Below, piece after piece: positions 1-8,154 of a DNA stretch of 17,352 nucleotides (position 1 is its first letter; the number at the start of each line of letters is the position of its first letter). Position numbers and translations under genes: made by a program. Source of the stretch: an uncultured bacterium (GTDB lineage Bacteria > Lernaellota > Lernaellaia > Lernaellales > Lernaellaceae); the NCBI GenBank assembly GCA_964534375.1, contig CAZHPN010000134.1, positions 1 to 17,352 of the forward strand, written 5' to 3'. The notes under the pieces are model-generated. The model saw only the letters and a program-made list of their open reading frames with translations. It searched no databases and was not told where the DNA came from.

Positions 1-61
1 GCCGACCCAGGACGAGGCGAACGCAATGATCACCTGCATGAACGCCTGTTCACCTTCGTGA
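1..61 (+). CDS. 3' end of an unidentified CDS (partial; ...PTQDEANAMITCMNACSPS*)
   Basis: Frame from position 2 is open to TGA at 59-61, contains a CxxxC motif, and is followed by an intrinsic terminator. Confidence 0.6.
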   Translation, partial: PTQDEANAMITCMNACSPS

Positions 62-89
62 CGGCCAGTCGGTCCAATCAGCGATCGAG

Positions 90-120
90 AAAAGGGCGGG
101 GCCTTCCCGGCCTTTTTTTT
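90..120 (+). terminator. Rho-independent terminator
   Basis: aaaagggcggg-gcctt-cccggcctttt stem with one mismatch, ending in a T8 run, about 30 nt after the stop at 61. Confidence 0.8.
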
Positions 121-381
121 GCCGATTTCGCGGGCTCTTTTGCGTGTTGACCGGCGCGTTCGGCCGATCCCCCCTGATCGAGCCGGTCGCGCTACGTCGT
201 CGCCGTTTTTCGGCCGATGTAAAAAGCGAGGAAATCCCGCGTTTTCGGTGGCGATAACAGGCCGGACAACGGCGCCTTTGTGCCCCATCCAGGGGAGATC
301 TCTCTCGGACATGTTATGCGTAACACCAACGGTCGATCTCCTGTTTCTGCGCCACGATGTTCGTTGCACCGTTGTTGCGGC

Positions 382-426
382 TGGGAATCATGGGACTTAT
401 GGGACCAATGGGACTCATGCGACTAT
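382..426. repeat. 9-nt-period tandem repeat (TGGGAnnnn x5)
   Basis: Units tgggaatca/tgggactta/tgggaccaa/tgggactca/tgcgactat; same family as 11740-11856. Confidence 0.8.
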
Positions 427-486
427 CGGCGTCATGTACGGTTGCCAACGGGCTCAGCAAAACCACGCAGGCCCCGCGCCGGTTCG

Positions 487-507
487 TTCCGCAATCGGCA
501 ATCCGAA
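487..507. repeat. Degenerate 7-nt-period repeat (ATCCGCA-like x3)
   Basis: Units ttccgca/atcggca/atccgaa, followed by a small gcggc-act-gccgc hairpin at 516-528. Confidence 0.4.
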
Positions 508-857
508 CGTTGCTTGCGGCACTGCCGCGCGGTGTCTCTGGGCGCGATACCGAATTACGACGGCAGAACGCGCAACCAGCTTTAACCGCGGATCGGTTCC
601 GTGGGTCCACAGGTCACGACGAACGGCGAATGCGCCGACCGTACAAGCACAGGTCGGGGAACTTGGTTCCGCGCCGGTTTTTTTGCCGGCGGGACGCAGT
701 TCGACGCCGGAGCAACGCGCGCCGTTTGTCGCGAGGGAAACCGCCGGCCAAGGAACCGGCGGGCCGGCCGCGGGCGCCGACTTGACGCCGCGGCCGCCGG
801 CGTCGTGCGGAAAAAAACAACGGTTGTTCGACAGAACAACCAAGGAGGTGCAACGGC

Positions 858-1076
858 ATGTACAAGAAAATCATTCTGTTGGTCGCGCCGCTTCTCGTGC
901 TCGGCCTGGGTCTCAACATGTGGGCCTGCGGGAGCAGCAGCACCACCGATGACGACACTGCCGTCGATGACGACACGTCGCCGATTGATGACGACACCTC
1001 GCCGACCGACGATGACGTGAGCCCGACCGACGACGACGCCAGCCCGATGGACGACGACGCGAGTCCGATAGGTTAA
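858..1076 (+). CDS. Small Asp-rich repeat lipoprotein (72 aa)
   Basis: AAGGAGG RBS; MYKK + hydrophobic core + MWA-C lipobox-like site (Cys24); mature part is six DDDxSPx-type repeats; terminator downstream. Confidence 0.85.
   Translation: MYKKIILLVAPLLVLGLGLNMWACGSSSTTDDDTAVDDDTSPIDDDTSPTDDDVSPTDDDASPMDDDASPIG
948..1070 (+). repeat. Coding tandem repeat, 21-nt units encoding DDD(T/V/A)SP(I/T/M)
   Basis: One 18-nt unit and five 21-nt units, with synonymous codon variation between units. Confidence 0.9.
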
Positions 1077-1111
1077 GCCAATCTGGGAGCGATCGACGCT
1101 GAGATCGCGAA

Positions 1112-1145
1112 GACGGCGGCCCGGCAGGGGCCGCCGTCGTATTTT
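1112..1145 (+). terminator. Probable intrinsic terminator
   Basis: Perfect 11-bp stem gacggcggccc/gggccgccgtc, 5-nt loop, gtatttt tail. Confidence 0.65.
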
Positions 1146-1348
1146 GATCCAACGACGCGAATGCGCGACGCCGATCAGAGTTCAGTTCGCAGTGCCGCAG
1201 GCGCGCGCTGAGCGCCTGCCGGCCGATTTCCCGTTGCATTCAATGTCGCTTGCCGTACACTGAACGGCGCCGCCGGTCGGAATTTTGCGTGCGGGGCCGC
1301 AGGTTCAACGCCGGCCGGGGGGGCGACAACCACAGCAAGGTGTCGGCG

Positions 1349-2353
1349 ATGGCGAGTTCGGCAAAGGTCTCGTTGTCCGGCGGCGAAGGCGGCGGCCGAA
1401 ACGCGTTTTCCTTTTATTGGGCGATGCTCTCGTTCGTTGTGTGCCTGGTGCATTTTCGATTGGCGCACAACGAGGGTTCTCTCAGCCCGATCGTGGTCCA
1501 GACGTGGAACATCGTCACGTGGCATGCGACGGCGCCGTTTCACTACCGGCTGCTGACGCCGCTGGCGTTGTTCACCCTGGAATCCCACCTGCCGTTCAAG
1601 GCCAATGCCATTGCGTTCTTTTTTCATCTTTTCGTCTTCTTCGCGCTGTTCTCCTATTTTTTCGATTACCTCACGAAGTGGTTCACGCCGGCCGAAAGCG
1701 CGCTGGGCGTGATGATGCTGGCGTTCTGCGTGATCGTCGCCGCCACCGAAAGCGGCCCGATGCGGAGTCTGATTTTTCAGGGCGATTCGTTCCGCGGGCC
1801 GTGGGATATTACGTCGACGTTGTTCTATGCGGCGCTGGCCGGCAGCCTCGTCGAACGAAATGCGCCCGCGTGGTATTTTGCTTTCGCCCTGGGCACGCTG
1901 AACAAGGAGACGACGGCCGCCTTTGTTCCGGCGGTGTTTTTCATGTGGCGCGACAGGCCGTATCGCCACGTGCTCGCCACCGCCGCGATCTACGCCGCGA
2001 TCAAGTTCTTTCTTTGGCATTTATATGGCGAAAGCCCGCTCGCCGAACGCGTGACCGTCGATAATCTCGCCATGCTGTTGTCGAGGGACGTTGAGGTCTA
2101 CGTCGTGTTCGCGATGACTTTCTGCGGCGCCTGGGTGTTTCTGTTCCACGGTCTCAAACGCTGCGCCCGAGAATTGCGGGTCTTGTTTTTGTCGGTGGCG
2201 CCCGTGTTTTGTCTGATTGCCTTGTGGCGCGGCCGCATTATCGAGATCCGGTTGTTCACGGAGCTTGCCGTCGTCGTCGTCCCCGTCGCACTCGCCGGAA
2301 TGCGATTGCGAGCAGCAATTGGGATAACGGACGACCCTACCTTGTCGCAATAA
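1349..2353 (+). CDS. Polytopic integral membrane protein, possibly GT-C-like glycosyltransferase
   Basis: About 9-10 hydrophobic segments with motifs APFHYRLLTP, LGTLNKET and EIRLF; ATG at 1349 follows AAGGTG. The function is inferred only. Confidence 0.7.
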   Translation: MASSAKVSLSGGEGGGRNAFSFYWAMLSFVVCLVHFRLAHNEGSLSPIVVQTWNIVTWHATAPFHYRLLTPLALFTLESHLPFKANAIAFFFHLFVFFALFSYFFDYLTKWFTPAESALGVMMLAFCVIVAATESGPMRSLIFQGDSFRGPWDITSTLFYAALAGSLVERNAPAWYFAFALGTLNKETTAAFVPAVFFMWRDRPYRHVLATAAIYAAIKFFLWHLYGESPLAERVTVDNLAMLLSRDVEVYVVFAMTFCGAWVFLFHGLKRCARELRVLFLSVAPVFCLIALWRGRIIEIRLFTELAVVVVPVALAGMRLRAAIGITDDPTLSQ

Positions 2354-2488
2354 GCGGGCGGAGTTGCGCTGCAAGAAAAACCGCAAAAAGGCCTTGCTTC
2401 GACCGAACGCGGCACCACATTCTATCGCGTCGACGGCGGGGGAAGGGGAGCCCCGCGGCGCGGCGGAGATAAATAAGGAGGAGCAGAA

Positions 2489-2998
2489 ATGACATCGTCA
2501 GACATCGTGAAAGAATTGTTTTCCGCCTTGGATTCGGGAAACTACACCAAGGCCGACTCGTACCTGGACAATAACTTCAAGTTCTCGGGCCCGACGCCGA
2601 CGGCGTTGGGCAAGGCCGAATTTCTCGCCTTTGAGAAGGCGATGCGCGCCTCGACGCCCAATGTCGACCACGGCATCACCGTCTCGTGGGAGAGCAAAGA
2701 CGGCGAGGTGCGGGGCGAGGCGCACGTGCGCGGCACGCACACCAAAGACCTGAATCTGCCAATGATCCCGCTCGTCAAGGCCACCAACAAGAGTTACCGG
2801 TTGCCGGCGGAGAAGTACACGGCGTGGGTGAAGAACGGGAAGATCGCGAGCATCGCGGTGGACACGCCGACCGACGGCGGGGTGATCGGCATGCTGACGC
2901 AAATCGGCCGCGAGGACATCGCGGATTGCCTGCGTACAAAAGGCCTCAATTGCCGAGCGGATTACGAAGAAACAGGTTCGACCAGGGCTCACATCTGA
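2489..2998 (+). CDS. SnoaL-like / ester cyclase (NTF2-fold) family protein, copy 1
   Basis: TAAGGAGG RBS; motifs F.F.GP, GTHT..L.LP..P.V.AT.K...LP and V.NGKI typical of the ester cyclase family. Confidence 0.8.
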   Translation: MTSSDIVKELFSALDSGNYTKADSYLDNNFKFSGPTPTALGKAEFLAFEKAMRASTPNVDHGITVSWESKDGEVRGEAHVRGTHTKDLNLPMIPLVKATNKSYRLPAEKYTAWVKNGKIASIAVDTPTDGGVIGMLTQIGREDIADCLRTKGLNCRADYEETGSTRAHI

Positions 2999-3101
2999 CA
3001 AAATAGTTCGCCAGGCCAGTCTCGCGATCGGAAGCGAGAAGCCCTTGGGCGGCGTGAGACGCATGGATGGGCGCAAGCAAGAAGGGGGGCGGCTGCGCTG
3101 A

Positions 3102-5372
3102 CTAACAGCCGCAGCCGCCGTGTTCCGCCGCAGCGGAGAGGTCGCTCGTTGCCGGGCCGGGGGAATCATCATCGTCGTCATCGTCATCGCTCGCGCTGGC
3201 GGGCAGGATGACGATTTTCACGGCGGGGCTGGTTTGCGGGCCGGCCGCGGCGAGGACGTACACGGTTCCTGGGGCGAGCGCGCGGAAACGGGCGCATTCG
3301 ACACGCGCCAGGGCCGGATTGCTCAAACGGAATTCGCTCCAACCCGAAACGTCGACGGCCGCGCCGGACGAATAGTGGCCGGCGGCCGCGAGCGCGATTT
3401 CCTCGCCGACCCGGATTTGCGTTTTCGCGGCGCGGACCGCGAGATCGGTCAACCGGGTGAGCAACGGTCGTTTCCAATTGAGTACCCAATAGCGATATTG
3501 CGTGAACGCCCGCCCGGGCAGGGCGTTGTCCAGAGAGATTTCCAGGGTTGCATGGCCCTTCGTCAACGCGGGCGGCAGATCGAACACCGCGTCGCGCCAC
3601 CGTTTGAACTTGTTGCGCTCGGGCGAACGCCAGACGCCGGCGGCGACGCCGTTCACGCTGACGTTGACGGCCTGCCGCCCTTGCCCCTGGTCGATCCGGC
3701 GCACGAGCCGCACGCCGTCGTTGAACGGGTTGACGCGCATGGTGAAGCGCGCCGCGCCGGTGGACCGGACGCCGGAATCGACGATGACCTCGGGCGGCCG
3801 CGTCCCTTCGTAGACGAACGAATTGGGTCCGACCGGCGCGTCGGCGGTTCCGTGGTAGCCGACGCGCTGCCGGTCCGCGGCGTCCGCGAGGCCGAACTCG
3901 TCGGCCGGTACGAGCGCGGCTTCGTTGACGCGATAGGCGAAAACGCACGAGCGATACGCCTCGTCGTTGTACTCGTCAAAGGCGTCGTGCTGGATGGCGA
4001 ACGTCGCGCCGTCGTAGAACTCGAGCGCATCCGCCGCCTGCACGCGGTACATGTCGTACGTGTCGCCGTCCGGGCCGAGGTAGTGCTCCGGCGCGCCGTG
4101 CGTGGGCAACGTGAACGGCCCGTGTTTGAAGTACCAGCCGGCGTTGTAGTAATCCTCCGTGCCCGTGCCCTGGATCGACGGCGAGCGCTGGCCGTCGGCC
4201 CAGAACGTCTCGTTGCCTTCGAGGAACCGCGGGCCGCTGCGCCCCGCCGCAACGTGCACCACGCCGACCATCTTGCCCTGACCGGTCAGCGAGGCGAACT
4301 GGTAATCGCGGCCGATGACCGTCGGGTCGGAAACCTGGTGCACGGTTTCGAATGTGCCGGCGTAATCGTCCGGCGGCCGCGACGTCCAGCCGACCTCGAC
4401 GTCGAGCGCGACGGGCGCGGCGGAATCGTTCGCCAGCGCCAACTGGACGCCGGTGAAGAACGGCATCGGGAAAAAGCTGTAGAGCACGCCGTCGCGCACG
4501 CCGAAGAGCAACGCCGACACGGTCGAATCCGGCCGGCTGGCGCCGAAAAACAAGCCGAGCGGAATGTCGACGGTGGGCGAGCCGCCGTCGAATGCGGCCG
4601 TCAAACGCACGCTCGTCAGCAACGCGGCGTCCAGGCTCGCGGGCTTGAACCGCAGGCTGGCGATTTGGCCGGCGCCGGTCTGCGAAAAAATCGGCGTCGT
4701 CGCCCCGGGGGGAATCTGGATTTGCGTTTGGCGAAGCGTCACCCCCGCCGCGTTTTTCGGATCGGTTCCCGCGGCCGCCGGGTCGTACAGCCGGCGCACG
4801 GTCGAGTAGTCTTCCGTGCCGGTGAACGACGTTACGGTCGTGTCGCCGCGATAGGCCTGCGCGGTGATGTTGTAGAAGAAGGTCCAGATGGTGGCGCCGA
4901 TAACGAGACGCTTCTGATAGCAAATGGGCACGTACGAAACGAAGCCGCCGCTCGAAGCGGCCTGGTCCCATACGAGCGGCGGCGTGAAGGGCGCAAGCTG
5001 CCCCGCGAAGAAATCGGGCAGGCGGTCGTTGACGATCGGCTCGGTCTGATCGTCCACATAAAAGCGCAGGTGCGAAAACGGAAACAATCCGGTGAACCAG
5101 ATGCGGTAGACGCAGCCCGGGCCCTCGGCGTCGAAGAGGATGTTCATGCCGTCTTGCCAGTAAAGCCGCGAGGAGAGGCCGGTGAAGCCGTCGTCGTTGA
5201 GGCCGGCGCGATCAAAACTTGAGGTCCCGAATGTCCGCACGCCGAGTTCGATCTGCGGCAACTGCCAAAGGTCGGTCATGCGCGCGACGCCGGTCAGCAG
5301 CTCGGCGCGCGCCGTGGCGGCGAAGAAAATCGACAATGCCAGCAAGGGCCACAGGCGCCCCATCCGCCCCAT
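3102..5372 (-). CDS. Secreted DUF2961 / glycoside hydrolase family 172-like protein with Ig-like domain and poly-Asp GGCGC tail
   Basis: GAGGTG RBS; signal peptide ending ARA; motifs SSFDR, GPGCVYRIW, FFPMPF, GQGKMVG, LEGNE and GTGTEDYYNAGWYF; Big_2-like segment near the C-terminus. Confidence 0.85.
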   Translation of the reverse strand: MGRMGRLWPLLALSIFFAATARAELLTGVARMTDLWQLPQIELGVRTFGTSSFDRAGLNDDGFTGLSSRLYWQDGMNILFDAEGPGCVYRIWFTGLFPFSHLRFYVDDQTEPIVNDRLPDFFAGQLAPFTPPLVWDQAASSGGFVSYVPICYQKRLVIGATIWTFFYNITAQAYRGDTTVTSFTGTEDYSTVRRLYDPAAAGTDPKNAAGVTLRQTQIQIPPGATTPIFSQTGAGQIASLRFKPASLDAALLTSVRLTAAFDGGSPTVDIPLGLFFGASRPDSTVSALLFGVRDGVLYSFFPMPFFTGVQLALANDSAAPVALDVEVGWTSRPPDDYAGTFETVHQVSDPTVIGRDYQFASLTGQGKMVGVVHVAAGRSGPRFLEGNETFWADGQRSPSIQGTGTEDYYNAGWYFKHGPFTLPTHGAPEHYLGPDGDTYDMYRVQAADALEFYDGATFAIQHDAFDEYNDEAYRSCVFAYRVNEAALVPADEFGLADAADRQRVGYHGTADAPVGPNSFVYEGTRPPEVIVDSGVRSTGAARFTMRVNPFNDGVRLVRRIDQGQGRQAVNVSVNGVAAGVWRSPERNKFKRWRDAVFDLPPALTKGHATLEISLDNALPGRAFTQYRYWVLNWKRPLLTRLTDLAVRAAKTQIRVGEEIALAAAGHYSSGAAVDVSGWSEFRLSNPALARVECARFRALAPGTVYVLAAAGPQTSPAVKIVILPASASDDDDDDDDSPGPATSDLSAAAEHGGCGC

Positions 5373-5788
5373 CTTGCACCTCGCAATTCGCTCGTTTCCG
5401 GTCCCGGTTGCAGGCTGTTAGTTTCTCACTTTTTTTGATTTCGTCAAAGCCGCGGATGGCGGTGGCAGTTTGCCGCGCCCGGCGAGATCAGTGGTGCGTA
5501 AGGATCTGGAACGCTCCGGCGACCATTAATTCGACTCCCCGGCGCGGGTCGTAGAACGCGCGAAGCAAGGGTTCGCAGGACGAGTTTCAATTCGGCGCCG
5601 ATTTGGCGCGACTTGCGTCGCCGGGTGGTACGGCGGAACGCGCGACGGGACGAAATCGACTTGGACCGCAGCGCCGGGGAGCCATTAACATCGGACGGCG
5701 CAGAGATTTCACGGCGAGGGGTGCTTACAGTGAAGGGAACAAGGACCGGTCGACATGCCGGCAGCGAAAAAGATAGAAGGTAAGGAAG

Positions 5789-5863
5789 ATGAACAACAGG
5801 GTAGTGCTGGCAACCGCCGCGGTTTTCGGCGCATTGCTCGTCGTGCTGTATTTCTGGCGCTGA
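5789..5863 (+). CDS. Putative 24-aa single-TM small protein (MNNRVVLATAAVFGALLVVLYFWR)
   Basis: Below the ORF-track size cutoff; purine-rich AGAAGGTAAGGAAG upstream; an in-frame stop at 5774-5776 fixes the start; one hydrophobic helix flanked by Arg. Confidence 0.5.
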   Translation: MNNRVVLATAAVFGALLVVLYFWR

Positions 5864-5999
5864 GCCGGCCGCAAGCCAAATAAACCGCGCTTCGACTCTT
5901 GCCTTTGGATTCTGTCGAGACCATGTTTCAATAAGGGATTGGATTACGCCAGCGGGTTCCCACCGCGAGGGCGGGACAGGTCGAAGAAAGGATCTCAAA

Positions 6000-6509
6000 A
6001 TGTCTACTTCGGACTTGGTGAAGGAAGTTTTCAACGCGCTCGACGACGGCGACTACGACATCGTTTCCGCCAATCTCGACCGCGACTTCAAGTTCAGCGG
6101 GCCGACGCCGAATCCAATTGGAAAACAAGAATTCATCGCGTTTGAACGCGCTTTGCGCCGGGCCATGCCGGACCTCAAGCACAATTGCTCCGTATTGTGG
6201 GAAGGCAAAGAGAGCGAGGCGCGGGGCGAAGTCCGCGTCACCGGCACGCACCAGAACGTGCTGGATCTTTCCTACGTACCGAAAGTGGAGGCGACCAGCA
6301 AACGGGTCAAACTGCCGACAGAACGATGGACGGCCCGCGTGAAGAACGGCCGGATCGTTTCGTTTGCGGCTGAAGTCGGGCCGGACGGCGGCCTGCTCGG
6401 CATATTGAAGCAGATCGGGCGCGAGGACCTCGCCGATTGCCTGCGGACCAAAGGTGGTGACTGCCGGATCTACGAAGAAAGCAAGTCCATGGGGCTGCAC
6501 ACCTTCTGA
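6000..6509 (+). CDS. SnoaL-like / ester cyclase family protein, copy 2
   Basis: AAAGGA RBS; same length (169 aa) as 2489-2998 and about 53% identical by my manual alignment. Confidence 0.8.
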   Translation: MSTSDLVKEVFNALDDGDYDIVSANLDRDFKFSGPTPNPIGKQEFIAFERALRRAMPDLKHNCSVLWEGKESEARGEVRVTGTHQNVLDLSYVPKVEATSKRVKLPTERWTARVKNGRIVSFAAEVGPDGGLLGILKQIGREDLADCLRTKGGDCRIYEESKSMGLHTF

Positions 6510-6602
6510 GCGGCAGAGGGTAGGACTGGGGGATTCGTCCATGAAAGGCAATCGTTTCAGTCGCGACGAAAGCGGCCGGACGTCGGGTTCTTGGCGATCG
6601 GG

Positions 6603-7463
6603 CTACGGGCGCGAAAGCGATCGACGTACAGCCGCGGCGCGGGTCCGTGGTTTTCGCAAGAGCCGCGGCCTTTCGCGCGAGCCGCGCCGCGGTTGATCCG
6701 GCGCCGGGCCGGGTTCGTCGAACTGCGCGAACGGGTCGGACTCATATTTTTTTGGTTTTTTCCATTGCCACGGCGGGATCGGGTCGTCGTCGAGCCACAA
6801 GCCGGTGCGTGTTGCGCGGGCCTCGGTGTCCAGCGTTTCCAGTTCCCGCTCAACCGGCGCTGTCCGAGAATCCCACCAAGCCAAGCCGGCCTGAATCAGC
6901 CGGGCGCTGAGCGATTTGCCGTCGGACGTAGTAACCTCGCCGAGCACGCGGCCGGTTTCGTCCACGCCGACTACCTTGACACTGACCGGATGCCGACGAA
7001 TCGCTTGCACCGTGAATTCGCGCGCGGCGCGGCCAAAGGGTTGACTGATTCGGGGGCAGACGACGGCGAACAAACGCACCTTGACCGGAATCTGATCCCG
7101 GAGAACGGTGAGATTGCCCCCGTCGGTGACGCGCTTAATTTCGCCGGAGAAGTCCTCGTAAACCGGGTCGGCCATGGCCTCGGCCTGGGGGAGCGAGTCG
7201 TCCTCTTCGGTCGCGGATTCGGGATCGACCGGCGGATCGGACCGCCGGTCCGCCCGGCGGCCGGAACGAGCGGCCGACCGCGCGTCCGCCGGGCATTCCG
7301 TGTGTTTCTCGGCGCAACGTTTGGACAACGGCTTGCCGTCGCAGCAGCGGCAGCCGCACATGCCGCCGTGTCCGCGGCAGCAGGCGTCGGCGGCGAAGGC
7401 GCGACCCGCGAAGTAAATCGTGCAAAGAATTACCAAGGGCGACAATAAAAGCGGCCTCTTCAT
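6603..7463 (-). CDS. Secreted thermonuclease (SNase)-family protein with N-terminal Cys-rich module; catalytic motifs degenerate
   Basis: GGGAGG RBS before ATG 7463; signal peptide ending AFA; CCRGHGGMCGCRCCDGKPLSKRC; SNase signatures V.DG, VRL, QPFG..A, D..GRVL, LIQAGLAW, AR..R.GLW and PPWQW. Confidence 0.8.
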   Translation of the reverse strand: MKRPLLLSPLVILCTIYFAGRAFAADACCRGHGGMCGCRCCDGKPLSKRCAEKHTECPADARSAARSGRRADRRSDPPVDPESATEEDDSLPQAEAMADPVYEDFSGEIKRVTDGGNLTVLRDQIPVKVRLFAVVCPRISQPFGRAAREFTVQAIRRHPVSVKVVGVDETGRVLGEVTTSDGKSLSARLIQAGLAWWDSRTAPVERELETLDTEARATRTGLWLDDDPIPPWQWKKPKKYESDPFAQFDEPGPAPDQPRRGSRERPRLLRKPRTRAAAVRRSLSRP

Positions 7464-7655
7464 GCGCCGGCGCCTCCCGTTGCGATTTGCCCAGAAAGCC
7501 GCCGTTTCGTCAACCGCCGGCGAGTTTCCCATTTCCACGCGCCGGGCCTCGTGCGTCCCGTGCGACTTCGCGTGCGGAGCCGCGGTCGGCGCGTCAGCGC
7601 TCCGGTTTTGTCGCGACGGCGCGTCGGCTGTTATTTGGGGGATGTTATTTTCGCC

Positions 7656-7684
7656 TTGACATCGCCGCCGCGTCGTGCGCTAAT
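7656..7684 (+). promoter_or_regulatory. Putative sigma70 promoter of the IHF/HU gene
   Basis: Perfect TTGACA at 7656-7661, 17-nt spacer ending in TGn, then a weak -10 GCTAAT. Confidence 0.45.
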
Positions 7685-7725
7685 TAGGCAAAAATAAAAG
7701 TAAACTTGCGGGGAGGGGGATGTGG

Positions 7726-8022
7726 ATGAACAAATCTGATTTGGCGGAAGCGTTATCGGCGCAGGCGGGAATCACGATCAAGAAAGCGTCGGAAGTCGTC
7801 GATTTGGTTTTTGACGAGATGGGCGGCGAACTCGCCAAGGGAAACCGCATCGAGATTCGCGGCTTCGGCAGTTTTGTCATCAAGGATTACGGAGCGTACG
7901 TCGGGCGCAACCCGAAGACCAAAGAGCAAATCGAAGTGCCGCCGAAGCGGCTGCCTTATTTTAAGGTCGGCAAGGAACTGCGTTCGCGCGTCGACAGAAA
8001 CGGCGCCAAACCAGGTTCTTGA
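7726..8022 (+). CDS. ihfB: Integration host factor beta-like / HU family DNA-binding protein
   Basis: MNKSDL...RIEIRGFGSF...GRNPKT...PYFKVGKELR; GGAGGGG RBS fits ATG 7726. Family is certain; the beta-subunit assignment less so. Confidence 0.85.
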   Translation: MNKSDLAEALSAQAGITIKKASEVVDLVFDEMGGELAKGNRIEIRGFGSFVIKDYGAYVGRNPKTKEQIEVPPKRLPYFKVGKELRSRVDRNGAKPGS

Positions 8023-8154
8023 GCAAAATTTAGACCGCGTCCGGCCTTGCAACAAACCCCGCGTTTCGTCAAAGTGTGTGCCGTGTTTTTCTCGGCGCTT
8101 GGCGGCGGCGCAACGCGGCGCGCGTCCGTCTGCCGGCCAGGAAAGTGAACGGCG

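Noticed and set aside
119..857. ORFs 119-952, 280-585, 357-785 and antisense ORFs in the spacer
   Set aside because: No RBS or recognisable motifs, Arg/Pro/Ala-rich shadow composition, and they run through DNA repeats or overlap the real 858-1076 gene.
948..1070. Possible CRISPR array (also considered for 11740-11856 and 15896-16030)
   Set aside because: No constant repeat with unique spacers and no cas genes; these are coding or short-period repeats.
1295..1335. tRNA-like GGTTCAA...ACCA segment
   Set aside because: No acceptor stem, D arm or anticodon arm can be formed.
3120..5222. 700-aa plus-strand ORF
   Set aside because: Antisense shadow of the GH172 gene caused by high-GC codon bias.
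5525..5550. TTCGACTCCCC resembling a tRNA T-loop or att site
   Set aside because: The 5' side of the T stem is missing and no integrase is nearby.
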